64,000 nucleotides of DNA, from the NCBI GenBank assembly GCA_003971905.1, contig RSEE01000009.1, positions 806,001-870,000 of the forward strand, written 5' to 3'. Both the position numbers and the translations under genes were made by a program. This document shows, piece by piece, positions 14,036-26,864 of the stretch; positions within the stretch are counted from its first letter, which is position 1, and each line of letters begins with the position of its first letter. The DNA is from Moniliella sp. 'wahieum' (lineage: Eukaryota). The notes below the pieces were generated by a model. The model ran no database searches. It worked only from the letters and a program-made list of their open reading frames with translations, and was not told the origin of the DNA.

Positions 14036-14961
14036 GGCAAGGACGACAGAGGTGCAGCGCAGAAGGGGGTGCTCTGGCCCGGACAAACGTGTGGCGAAAG
14101 GAAGCGCAGGCGACCCAGTAAAGAGACGGGCGGGATATACGGATAGGTGGGAAAGCGCCTGGGTGGTGGTGGGACGCAAGGTTGGGGATTGGACAGGGCA
14201 GGTGGGCGGCGCTGGCTACAGTAGGCAAGTGGGAATGATAGCGGAGGAAGGAGCAGCGGTTGATACATAATTTGATAGTCACCCATCAGTACATCACTCC
14301 CGACAGAGGCCACAAAAGCAATGCCCCCCCGGGCTGCCGGCGGGGACTACGGCACCGTGTGGCACAGCCTGGCACAGCCAGTCCGAAGCCACTTAGGACT
14401 CAGCAGCACTCAAACGCGTAGCACGCATGGCCGATGATCGATGACGAATGGTGTGGCCGCATGCTAATGATGCTGATGCATGATGCACAGGATGCATGAT
14501 GGTCTTGGCGACCATAGAGTGGCGGAGACTGGCGCACTGCCCGCTGGATGCCAATACCCCCCGGCAACGGAACCTCTCCCAGTGCACTGCGCCTCCCTGC
14601 GGTTGGACGGAAAAGGGGCGTGCCCAAAAGCCTACTTCTAAAACCTGCATTGCGACGACGCCGCTTGGGGCGGCGTAGGGCTACCGATAGCGCCTCGTAC
14701 ACCACAGAAGCCAGAGGGCCGACCAGTGACAGTGACTAGTCACTGGTCAGTAATCAATACTTGTACTCAGTAACCCCGTATGCTCAGCATTTAGTACTCC
14801 TGCGTCCGCAGTGGTATCAGCACAAGTGTGCTCTACTACTTAAAACTACTTCGTGTCATCATGCCATCGACGTTACCCTGATGTTATCAATCGAAGATTC
14901 ACCCCTCGTCTTTCATGCACCCCCGGCGTCAACGCGTCAGCGAGCCAACAGACCACCCCTT

Positions 14962-15312
14962 TGTTAGAGGGTGCTGCTAGGGTTCTCCTGCGCGGCCCTC
15001 AATGGATCGGTGACGCTCGCCTAGCCGAGCGGAAGCGTTCCGCTCGCAGGCCGCGCACGCCCTGCTCGCTCCATCTCCCTTCTCTCTCTCCTTTCTCCTC
15101 CCTTCAGACGTTGCTTGAAGACTTGTGGCTCACCACTTTGCCTTCACGCCTTGTCTGAAGGTACGCCTCTGCTTCCTTTCTTGACCTGTTGCTCCTCACA
15201 AGAGACGTTGCTTGAAGACTTGTGACTCACCACTTTGCCTTCACGCCTTGTCTGAAGGCTGCTTTGCAGCTGATCCATAGGATCGCGAGTGCTCCCAAGT
15301 CACACTCTAGCA
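14962..15312 (+). mobile_element. Solo LTR, family A copy 1 (351 bp)
   Basis: Termini TGTTAGAG...CTCTAGCA with a perfect 5-bp TSD CCCTT. Homologous to 26415-26864 and 39885-40138. Confidence 0.92.
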
Positions 15313-15407
15313 CCCTTCGCCCACAACTTGAAGCCACAGAGAGCCCCAACGCCAGAGTTTTGAAGCTTGCGAGGAACCACGGATGGCGCACCAATCGCAA
15401 AACACGC

Positions 15408-15490
15408 CTATACTACATCCATATCATTCACAGAGCTTAAGCCTGGTATAAAGAAACGCAGCTGCCCTAAACCGACTCGTTCATCCTGCG
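15408..15490 (-). mobile_element. Degenerate 3'-end relic of the CRE-like non-LTR retrotransposon
   Basis: CCATATCATTCACAGAGCTTAAGCCTGG...CTAAACCGACTCGTTCATCCTGCG aligns with 33231-33300. A weaker relic (AGAGCTTAAGGCTGGGAC) lies near 16074-16091. Confidence 0.7.
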
Positions 15491-17263
15491 TGTGCGCTTG
15501 ATACTAAGTAACTATAGTTCTCCTATCAGTACTCAGTGAAGCAGACTGGCTAAGATGCCTAAAGAGACATCATGATATGAAAGCGATGATGAGATTCCTC
15601 CCCAACAGCCTTACAAGCCAAAAAGGGACAAAAGACGACAGAGGAAACGGAAAAGCATCAGTGGTGCTACGAAATTGACATGTGAAAAACGGGGGGGGGT
15701 AAGTGCCCGGTAAACCGGTAAGCCCTGATAAGCCACAGGCGGGGTTGCGTCGTCAAAAGGCCTAACTGTCTGTTTGACATGTGACAGTCTGACTGCATAC
15801 TAATGAGGTGTATGCGGGAGGCCTGGGGAGATCAAAAGGCCCCTACAAGTATAAAATAGGTGCCACAATAGGAATGTGTATCTCTAAACACTTCTCTCAG
15901 TATCCCCGGAGGGTGTTTCTCGGCATCACATGCATCACATGTCCCTTAAAGGGTCCCAACAGTCCCAATCGCAATATATAACCGGACCCGGGGATTCGCG
16001 ACATTAGGCTTTACACACAAAGTTCTATATTATACCGAGAGCGACACTACCTTTTTCTATTCTGCAGTCATAAAGAGCTTAAGGCTGGGACGAAGAAAGA
16101 CTGCGCCTATAAACTGACCTGCTCGCATCATCCAGAGTGTTGTGTTGCTTCTTTTGGCACTAAACCCCGTTGAAAGAACCAGAGGACCCGCCAGCAGAAC
16201 ATCTTTCCCCATGAGTGCCCAAACATATTTTTGCTCGCCATGTTGGTGCCATAGTATTCATGCGTCGTCATAACCAAAGGGAGAGGAAAGGTTCTTGGCA
16301 CGTCCGTAGTTCATAGGGTTCTCGATTTGCGGTTCTCGTGCACCACCCTGCGGTGCGCAAACATCGGCACCTCCCGTATCCCCCAGATTCCCGCAACGTG
16401 TGGTCCATCTCCATTCCTGATCCTCCGAACAATGATCGTCCCATTACTCGGTGGTCAATACTCAGTATACATACGCCTTGAATTCTTCCACACGCCTCGT
16501 CTCTCGTCCGTCGTCTCTTCCTACAACTTTTCTGGTGAAACTTGGGGAGACCATATCATGTTGTCGTAGTTGAGTACGTTGGTTCTTGACCGGTTGACTT
16601 AAGGAGCTTGGAGGGGGGGCACCTAAGGACGCTTGGACAAAACAACAAAGCACAGAGGAAGAAGAAGGGCAGGGCGCACACACGCCTCGTTGTTTTTGCT
16701 ACCGCCACGCATCCGCCATGCCGCCCACCACATTGCATCACACCCACGCCGCGAGCTGCGATGGGGTAACCGGTAACCCAGCACATCAGAACACACCGTC
16801 TCCGATCGGTGGAATCTGACCACGTGACCCGGTTTGAACCCGGTGAATTGCAATTTCACTTTGCACATGCCGCTGCAGCGAGACCGGCGCTGGCCGGGGG
16901 CGCAGGGGACCCTGGGCAGCTCGGAGAAAAGGTGCTGGGAGGAAGGGCACCAGGGCAGTGTCAGGTTCCACGTTCCCGCCGCATGGTAGCCGATCCCCGC
17001 TGGCCCCATGCCCCGCTGCAGCGCATGACGTCGACGAACGCGCCACACGGCACGAGCGCTTTTCCGGAACAGGCTGGCGCCGTGCTGGCCTCGTGACTCG
17101 ACCCGGCTTACGCGGGCTCGCCATAGCCGCGCGTTCTTATCGCCCGCCTGCCCCTCCCCCCTGTATATAACAGGCCATCTCCCGTTGGCTTATCTGTCGA
17201 CACGGCCTGACCATCCCCCATCACTTCGCCCCCCCCCCAACCCACTTCCTCCTCGACACCACT

Positions 17264-18938
17264 ATGGGTACCCACCACCTCCAAGCCTGTGACGGCAGAG
17301 ACCGAGAAGGCAGCCTTCACCTCCTCGGCCCCTGCTCCCGAAGCCGCTGCTATGCACCACGCTGCCGACCGGTTGGCGCGCATCCAGGCCGAGACGACGG
17401 CTCGGCAAACCTCATCTGCAGCCCCTTCAGCCAACATTACCCCCAAGAATGTCAAGGATTGGCAGGAGGATGCCTTTGCTGTACGTCTTGCCTTGCTTTG
17501 TTTCTTTTCGTGCGCCCAGAACAACACGAAGAGCGCTCCTGCTAACCTCCCTCTCGCCTTGTCTAGGAGCCGGCCGCACGTCTGGCGGCACTGACGCTGC
17601 ACAATGCCAACATCCCCGACTCGCTCCACTCGCGTAAGACAGAAATTGAGCACAACCAGATCTACAACCTCCAAGTGCCCATCCTTCCTAAGACCGTGAC
17701 CAACCAAAAGAGTTCTGGGCGGTGTTGGCTGTTTGCAACCACAAACCTGATCCGCCTCGAAGTGATTCGGCAGTTGGACATTAAGGACGCCGACTTTGAG
17801 CTGAGCCAGTCCTACCTCCACTTCTGGGACAAGCTTGAGAAGGCCAACTACTGGTTGGAAAATGCGATTGAGTTGGCGGACCGGTCGTGGGATGACCGGG
17901 AACTGAACTACCTCAGCAAGAACTTTAGCTCGGACGGTGGCCAGTTCAACATGGCAACCAACCTGGCGGTCAAGTATGGCATCTGCCCACAGAGCGTTTA
18001 TCCCGAATCCTTCAACAGCTCCAACACTGCCAAGATCACCTGGCTGACGACAGTTAAGTTGCGCGAGTTTGCGCAGGAGCTGCGCGATCTCAAGAAGGTG
18101 ACTGAGGAGCGGCTCAGTAGCAGTGTCGCCTCAGGCGTGATGACGCCCACACAGCGAGATGAGGCGGTGCTTGCGACGGTGCGAACCCACAAGGAGAAGC
18201 AGATGAAGGAGGTGTACCGCATGATGGCCATTGCGTATGGCGCACCGCCAGGCCCGCACGATGAGTTTACGTTTGAGTGGTACGACAGCAAGAACCGGTA
18301 CCAGTCGCTGACTACGACGCCATATGAGTTCCAAGTGAAGTACACTGGTACTTTACCGCCAAGGGCTGTGTCTCGCTTGTCCACGACCCACGCTACCCCG
18401 AGGACACGGTGATTACTGTGGACCGACTTGGAAATGTGTGGGATGGCCAGCCGGTCACCTACATCAACACGAGCGTCGAAGAAATGGAGCGGTTGGTGGT
18501 CAAGTCCATCAAGGCGGGCCACACGGTCTTTTTCGGGTGCGATGTGGGCCAGTTTAGCCACACGCCGAGTGGGATTATGGACACGGAGCTGTTTGACTAT
18601 GAGGCGGCATTTGGGGTCAAGCTGGGCTTGTCCAAGAAGGAGCGCTGGAGATGGGCGAGTCGCAAATGACGCATGCCATGTTGATTGACAAGGTGCATGT
18701 CGACCCGAAAACCGACACCCCGATCCGGTACGCAGTGCAGAACTCGTGGGGCGCACCGGGGGTGGGTAAGGATACAGGCTACATGTCCATGTCGCGCAAG
18801 TGGTTTGCCGAATTTACGTACCAGTGTGTCTTCCGCAAAGAGCTCCTCTCGCCCAAGCACCAAAAGCTGGCCGAGCGTGGCGTTGACGAGCATGCCATCC
18901 ACTTGCCCCCCTACGACCCAATGGGCGCGTTGGCCTAA
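17264..18938 (+). CDS. Bleomycin hydrolase / cysteine aminopeptidase (peptidase C1B)
   Basis: TNQKSSGRCWLFA (catalytic Cys), LSQSYLHFWDKLEKAN, DGGQ, FFGCDV, THAM (His), QNSWG (Asn), and C-terminal DPMGALA*. Confidence 0.93.
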
Positions 18939-21176
18939 CTTGCGCCCAAGGGGCCCTGTCTGGACAGGGTCCCCCCTTATAATGTGTTGCACACCTTCAC
19001 TCTTTCCCCCACAGGTTCAATCAACCGCGCGTCGTGTTTCCTGCCTTGCTGCACACTACCACTTGTTACTGAATTAACATTATGATGCCACAGCCCCTGC
19101 CTTCTAGACTGAAAATATATATATATATCTGAGCACCATGGGACCAACAGAGAGGCTGTTGGGTAATCGTGAAGTTCCAGGAGCAACCAACATGGTGGTA
19201 CACGAGATGGATGGGAGCTGAGGCGAAGCTGTGGTAATCAACGCTGCTGTCGATGCCAGATGGCAGGTATGCTAGTAGCCCCCTTTAAGTAAGCTGTCAA
19301 TCCTCGGTCTTCGTGCCGTCCGTTGCCTGCCTATAGCCATCTCTCCCTTATCGAATCAACATTTGCCTGTTTGTCTACTCCTGAGTTCTACTCATTTTCC
19401 TTTCGACTGTTACGTTACGCATTACACCAGGTAGTAGTGAACCCTGGCATCAATCCGTAACGTGTAACCATTACACCTTTTTCTTTGCGTAGAGTGCGTT
19501 ATCGCGTTATAGCGCTTAGCGCTTAGCCTAAGCGCTTACCGGTTACCGGTTACCGGGCTTACCCATTGCGAACCCTGTCACCGATTGACTAAGCTCGCAC
19601 CAATTTTCAATTCTGTGCATATCCCGAGGATCTCGCTCTTCCCTTTCCCTTTTGCTTCTGTTCCCTGTCCGATGCCTCTTGTTTCCTCTCAGATCTCACA
19701 CGTCACGAACAAGCTTTCCATTGCCCCGTCTCTGACAAGACCTTCAATAGTCTTCTCCTTCGCTTGGCGCTTAGCCCCGCGGCTGTTACAGTCCCCGCTC
19801 TATTCGGTTAGGTTGCGCGCGCGGTGCACCTTTTTTTTTCTTGGGCTGCGCTAGCTGTGTGTCATCTCAGTGGCCCGGCCTTGTGCTCACGCGCTCACAG
19901 CCCTTCGTGGGGCCGAGAGGAACGGGTGCACTTTGGGTGAGTCCGTTTGACTGAGGGTGCGCGTGCCATGGAAACGCTTAGGATTTGGCCCGGGCGCCGG
20001 GGTGCCGAGTGAGGTTTTACAGACTGGTCGCGGGTTACGCCGGTCACGAGTCTAGCCAGCTAGGAGTTGGTAGAGGAGGCGGGACGGTTTCCTGCCGTAC
20101 TTTTGTTCGCAGAAAGGGGGAAGGGGTTGCTGCGCATCCGCGGCACGGCGGGCCAGCGGGGAGGAGGTGGGAAGCGCACGAGGGAGTTGCGCCTACAGTA
20201 TACAGGGAGATGTTGGAGATGTAGGAGATGTTATAGGGGTTACGTGTTCCGTCGATTCCGGTTCTTTCCCCACGCAGTAGGTGCTGTGGGATATGCGAGC
20301 TTGGACTTGCCTGGCTTATTTTTGTGCGTGCGAGCGAAGCAGCGAGATGTGGGATGCGAGGGGTGTCAAGCGAAGCTCGAAGCGAGATGCCGTCCGCCAT
20401 CCCCACACCGCCGTGCGCAGAGCAACAAAGCCACCGGGGAGGGCAGGCAGGCGGCCAAAGCAGGCCATACGACAGCTCAGCGTGGCTCTGACTGGGGGTG
20501 ATATATTGATAGGCGGAGACGGCGGAGGCTGGAGACGAAGGGGCCAGGGAGCGCTCACCCTGCGGTGGCAGGCGGTGGGCCGGGTGAGGCTTGCAGGCTC
20601 GGCAGCCACGGCACAGGCCGGCACAGTGCCGGCACGAGCGCGGCAGAGCGCGGCGCAGAGAGCGCGCTGCTGCAGCGAGCAGCCGGCTGCGCTGCAGGCC
20701 CGCACGGCGCCACTCCGCCTCCTCCGCGGCAGCAGCAGCGGCAGTCGGCACGCCGGCCTGCGCCAGCACCCGCCAGCACGGAGCCAGCCAGAGCCAGACA
20801 CCGAGGGGAGCTGTCGAAGCTCCAAGTGTCTTACGCGTGTCAGACGCTCGCCCAACACAAATGGCTCCTCTGCCGCCAGGCTGCGTCGGGCCATAGCCAA
20901 GTGCGAGGAGAGGGTGGGCAGCCCCACTTGCTTATAGCCCTTATCTACCCCCCCCTCGCTCTGCGTCCTCCCCATTCTCGTCAACCCCCACTCGCCTCCC
21001 CGCTAGCATGATGCTGTCAACACGCCCTGCGCTGCCTTTCGACGGATGCGCACGCCACCTGCTCCCTTCCCCCCACCCCCGCCCCCTTCTTCCGCCCGGG
21101 CCCACTGGACGAGCGAGGTAGATTTGGCACTTGTCCAGGCTTTGCACGCCTAGCCCCTTGTACCTCTGCCTCATCC

Positions 21177-22214
21177 GGCCGCACGAGTTTTTGGTCGGCC
21201 ATCGTACGGGCCATGCCGCTGCCCGTGCCGGCCAGTTACGAGGATGAACGAGAGCTGTGCGATTCGCTCCGGCACCGACTCAAACGTCTCCGTCAATATG
21301 CAGCCCAGATTCATCTTCTCCTTTCGCATCCGGCCCAGGCGTTTGTCTGGAACCCTGTCTCGGCCCAGGTCATTCCCTCGCCCCACACTGCCCACCTGCA
21401 TCCCGAGGCCGTGGACCTGGATCGGCAACTTGACCTTGCGCCACCGTCTGCAACACTCGACCTTGCCCTGGTTCCCCATCCTCGCCCCGCTGCTGGACCA
21501 AGAAGACTTGCGCACCGCACCATCAGCGTGTCTCTGTCGTCCTCCCTCCCGATCCACTGGGTCAGCAGGGCTCGCGTCGCCGTTATCGCTGGCCGCTGAT
21601 GCCTTGTCGAAGGATCCGGATCGGGTTGCTCGGGTTCGTTGCGAGGCGGGCGGAAGCGCCGTGCAACGACTTTCTCCACCACATCTGCCTCCATTTCCTC
21701 TCTGTCCCCAACATTCCAGGACGCCTTGCCCACGCCTGATGTGGAGGAGAAGAGGCCCACCTTGACTTGGTGCCAGCCAAACGCGCTCGTGGGAACCAAT
21801 CGAGATTGTGTCACCCCCTGCACCGACTGTTGGCAAGCGGGCCTGGACAACGGAAGGGATGTGATGCTAGTGGAATGCTATATGGACAGCGTGGTACCCA
21901 CTCCATCCGACTCGGCTCCCTCCAGCACCGCGTTTGTGCTCAGTCGCACCACCAGCAGTGTGTGGCGCCGAATTGTGCGGAGCGTGTTTGGCCCGTCGTT
22001 GGATCCCAGTGAGGAACGCGAGGTAGGCGATTCGGCGCGGCATCGGCTCAAGAAATTGAAAGGGTACGCGGCGCAGGTTCACCAGTTGCTCCAGACCACC
22101 GAGCAGCTATTTGTATGGGACGCAGCCAACGCTTGTCTCCGAGTCAATTCCCTCCTCGGCCACGAGGAGGCCACTGGGCCAAAATCCGGAACCCTCAAGT
22201 GCGCAATCGATTGA
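21177..22214 (+). CDS. Hypothetical protein (or tandem gene pair) with a duplicated ~65-aa module
   Basis: RTSFWSAIVRAM..EDERELCDSLRHRLKRLRQYAAQIHLLL..FVW versus RTTSSVWRRIVRSV..EEREVGDSARHRLKKLKGYAAQVHQLL..FVW. The true start is probably further upstream. Confidence 0.5.
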
Positions 22215-23599
22215 TGCACGCCCACTACCCGTGGCTCCCGCGCTTGCGCATTGCCGCCTCCGATCTGCCTCGTACTTTTTATACCACCACCTTGGGGGCC
22301 GAGTACTTTTCAGGCGCGCCGACCGCGGTCCGGTCCCCTATCTCCCTCCCAGGTCCCGCCACGCTCTTGCCCCGGCCGCCGCTTACCTCGCCGCCTCATG
22401 CACCGTCGCTTCAACTAACGAGGCAGTCCAATCCTCTTCCACCGTTTTACCATCCTCACCCTTGGCCAGCCTACCCGCTTTCCCCATGCGCCTTGCCCAG
22501 TACCCTTCCCCCGACGCGGTACGAGGTAACACGGCACCCACCTTTCCCCGCCCCCACCACTACCTCGACCTGGGCGGCAAGCGCGTGCTTCCGCCCGTAC
22601 CACAGTGCCGACACAGCCAGAGCCAGAGCGTCACGGACCCGGCCCAGCACAGCGTCCTACCGTGCGCGGCTACTTCTACCCTGCGCGGCCCATCTCAACG
22701 AATAAGGCAGGCGGAGGCGAAACGCAGTGCGCCTGTCTTGCGTGGTGGATCGCCATCAGGTCCCTCCTTGCCACCGCTTTGTGGGGGGGCGCGTACAAGG
22801 GCCCCTCCGACCCCTTCCTTTGTCTCCAAAACACTTGCGCTGCCCGCCTAGCCCTATTAGCTTAGGATGGACAGCGTGACGAGGCGCAACCCCAGGATTC
22901 GGACAGTGTCGGGCTGCTGCCCACGATACGATTTGCACCACACTCACCCGGTCCACCGACCCCAATTTCAATCGGTCCGTCGGGTGGGGGAGGTGGGGTG
23001 GGGGGCGTCCTTGGCCCCCGTTGCTGACGCGGCAGATGGCAAGCGCAAACGAGCCGCCTGACGCGTATACATTGTTGTACCAATTTGGGGCACGCTTCTA
23101 GGCGTCACTTGCTTAGTTTGTCACTGGGGTGCCACTTGGGTTCTCTTGCTTGCCCTGCTCGCGGCAGGGGAAGAGGAGACTGCCGACTGTGAGGGTAGAC
23201 CCGATTGAACAATCGTGTTCCCTATCATTTCCGTCCCCAGACCGACAGCACCATCCGATGCACGTTAATCTAGGGTAGAGCCGACAACCTGCCACCCGCT
23301 CCCAGCTAACAGCAATTACGATACGAATTCCTGTCCAGTGGACTATTGTATCCCAAAGGTTCTCCTGGGCTCCATTCATCGCGGGAAGTAGAGGGAGGCT
23401 GGGGATACCGTTGGCAGGCAAGCAGGGGGTGGGAATCAAGGAAGGAGAATAAAGGCCAAAGGGTGCGAAACAGGGAGGCGAAAGCAAGAACAAAACGATA
23501 GGCAAAGCGCGCGGGGACAAAAAATGGACGACAAACAGGATAGGAAAGAGGGCGAAGATTCTCGGGAGCAGACGTTAGCCTAGCACTGCTTCCCTCCGC

Positions 23600-25579
23600 T
23601 CATAGCAGCCACACCGCAGAAACAACCAACAGACCCAGGAGGGAGAGCATGTGGCGGGCAATGGGGCAGCGACCACAGCGGGGTTGAGGGTTGCTGCCGC
23701 AGAATTGAGGCCGAGGTACCGTGGAGGTGCTGCCCAACCGAGTGCCGCGACCGCCGTTCGACGTCCGGAGCGCCGTCACGTTGACGCCACCGGTCGGCAC
23801 GATTGCCGAGGCTTGCTCCGAAACGGCAGCGAACTTGGCCGCTTGGTCCGTCACAAAGATTAGCGCGACCGGGCGCCGGGACAGAGACGGAGCATTGTCC
23901 ATTGGTGCATTTGGCCGTCTTGAGATCCTCGGTGCCCACCAGGGTACCGAGCGACCAGTAGCCAAACGTCTGGCCGGCCCAAGTGATGTTGTCATTGGAC
24001 TGCACGCTAGGCGCGTAAGAATTTTGTAAGTCACGTTGGCTTGGGTCGGGGCAACTGGCACATTGGTGGTCCATGTATTAGCACCGGAGGGGTCGTTGAT
24101 CAGATTGGTGAGAACAATGCGTTGGACCGTGTCGCCCTCGTAGATGGCGTACCCCGAGGCATCTGAGCGGGAATTTGCAGGTCTTGTACGCGCGATTGGG
24201 CTCCGTTGGCGGAAGGGGCAAACGCTTCGGCGACAACCAACATGGAGTACATAAGCGGGCCGGTAGAAAAGTAGTGGTCTGACCCGGATCCAGTGGTCGA
24301 ATTGACAGTCACTTCGGAAAAGAGGTTGACCGCGGCGTTGGAAGCGCGGCTGTGGTAAAACGCACCGGAAAAGTTGTAGGCCGCCAGCTGCATCGCGGCA
24401 TCCACTCCCCAGAGCGAGGCGGTAAAAGTGTCGGAAACGCTAGCCACGCCATTGCACGAAGCAGTATTCGTTTCCGTCATGTACACAGGAATCCCGGCAT
24501 CAACAATCACTTGCCGATCCAAATGCATGGCCGACGCAAAGCCCACCGTATTGGGATGGTAGAGGTAAAATCCGTGACCCTGGGCGGTGTAGGGTGTGTT
24601 GGCCGGTTGCAGCCAGACTGTGGGTACCGCTGTTGGCCATAGGCCCCCACACGATCCGAGTAGGTTTGGAGGAACCCTTGTGGCCCAGTAAAGTTGGAGT
24701 AATCCCATTCGCTAAACGCATTGGGAGCAACAATCGACTGCTTGTGGGGCCAATTGGGGGTGACGTAGTTGTTGGTGTAGGTGGCAAACTCTTGTGCGTA
24801 CTGGGCCACGTTGTACATGGGGTCACGAACACCCAGAGTGGGATACCGGTCGGGAGCATTGCCCACCATCAGGTATTTGACCGAATCACCAATATAGCTC
24901 TGGAGCGCCTTGAGCTGCGCCCCTACGGTTGGCTCCGTATTGTTGATAAAGTTGAGCCCATACCAATAATCGACGGGCACACCCGAAGAAACATTCTTGA
25001 GCGACATGAAGAGCATATCGTCAAAGGTGAAGGTATTGTTGTTGTGATTGATAAGAGAGGTGGGAACGCCGACCTGGCTCGGGCCGGAAAGGGTCCCGTT
25101 GACGGCTGCGCCCGGCGTATGCTGGTTGGCAGAGCTCGACACAAAGCCAGAAGGAGTGGTGTTGAAGAAACCGCGGTCTTGCGATGAACCACCGAGGGGA
25201 CGTTGACATTTTCCCGGGCACGGGAGGAGATGGCGGCCAAGTAGCCAAGGAACGCAGAGTTAATCTTGTCAGGGCTCCGCCCAAGCACATAGTCGAGTGA
25301 GTTGAATTCGAACGAGAGACCCAAGAAAGAACCAGTGACGGGTACGGAGAGGTAGATGGTCTTGTTTTCGGCGTTGGTGCGGCTGATCGTGACGGCGGTG
25401 GCGCCAATGGCCTGATTGGGCGGACCGGGGGGACCCTCGGCAGTGGTGTTAACCTGGGGCACAGGAGGCGCGCCTGAAGTGGACTGGCCGCTGGTCATGG
25501 CTGCCAGGGAGTTGGCGGGGATCAGCACCTGGAGCGCCGGCTAGTATGCGGCGGCGGGGTTGTTGGGGCCGTAGCGCAT
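23600..25579 (-). CDS. Glycoside hydrolase family 79-like secreted, possibly GPI-anchored, protein
   Basis: SFLGLSFE, VGNAPDRY, MTETNTASCNGVASVSDTFTASLWGVD, ITWAGQTFG and a hydrophobic C-terminus LSLLGLLVVSAVWLL. Frameshifted, and the start is uncertain. Confidence 0.75.
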
Positions 25580-26414
25580 CGAAGGCGCGCGCATCGAGCC
25601 CATGCTGACCACTGGCCAGCGCCGAGCCAATGGCGCAGCGGCGAGCGCGAGGCGGCAGAGTCTGCGGCCCATCAGAGAGAGAAGAGGGTGGTGGAGGTGA
25701 GGGCGGCGTGGCGAGGGGCGGCGTGGTGAGGAGGGGGCAGGCGGCTGCCCAGCCACGCCAGACCAACCGGCACACCACGCCTGCTGTGCCGCGCGGCAGT
25801 GCAGATCGCCCCCGCGCACGGCGCCAGTGCCTGCTGCGAGTCGATCGCCGCCTCGGCTGTCACTGCCCTGCTGCGACGCCCGCTGTTCGACGAACACGTG
25901 AACGCTTGAACGCTTGAACGTTTGAACGCAGCCGCTGAATTCGATGCGCCGATCGCCCTCTCCTGCCGCCGCCCACCGGGCCGAGGTGCTATGTACTCCA
26001 CCCTCGCTTTCCCAGGTCCCCCGGAGTGGTTCGGACCAAGTGCAAAAAAGCTCTCCATGAAGCTTCAAGCTTCAAGCATGGCTAGCCCAAGTCACGACAG
26101 CCCATAGCAGTCATCGAGCCCTCCCTGGCACCCTCCACCGCAGCTCTCCGCACGTCTCTCTGCCTGATATAGCATCTCCGAAATACCAAAACCCTGCAAG
26201 CACACAAGAATTAATACTGAAGAATAGAAAAGGAAAAAAGGTGGACGCGATTGAATACGAATAGTGGCTGTTCGTACCAGCATCAACAACGGGGCACAGG
26301 AGCCAAGACGGAGGCCAAAGGCAAAGATTATGGCGGTCGAGCCGTCTGGGCCGTCGGGCCGGCCAACAAGATATCATGCTACTCTGCCAACATTGAGGGC
26401 AAGAGGGAATATAT

Positions 26415-26864
26415 TGTTAGAGGGTACTGCTAGGGTTCTCCTGCGCGGCCCTCAATGGATCGGTGACGCTCGCCTAGCCGAGGAAGCGTTCCGCTCGCAG
26501 GCCGCGCACGCTCTGCTCGCATCTCCTTCTCTCTCTCCTTTCTCCTTCCCTTCAGACGTTGCTTGAAGACTTGTGGCTCACCACTTGTCAGACTCACGCC
26601 GTGCTAGGGGGCCCTTGGCCCACTAGGCCCGTATGGGCACTATGGCGTGATTCTTATCAGTTGGGAGATCCTGTGTCCACCTCTCGACTGTGCCCCCTTC
26701 CTGAGGAGGTACATATACCTCCTCTGCGTCCATAGATGTATGCAATCCATCTGCACCTTTCCCCCATCTCCGTCTCCTGACACCACTTTGCCTTCACGCC
26801 TTGTCTGAGGCTGCTTTGCAGCTGATCCATAGGATCGCGAGTGCTCTTAAGTCGCACTCTAGCA
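26415..26864 (+). mobile_element. Solo LTR, family A copy 2, interrupted by a nested element
   Basis: TGTTAGAG...CTCTAGCA with a perfect TSD TATAT. Confidence 0.92.
26586..26782. mobile_element. Nested solo LTR, family B (197 bp)
   Basis: Termini TGTCAG...CTGACA with TSD CCACT (26581-26585 and 26783-26787). Absent at the equivalent site in the other two family A copies. Confidence 0.88.
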
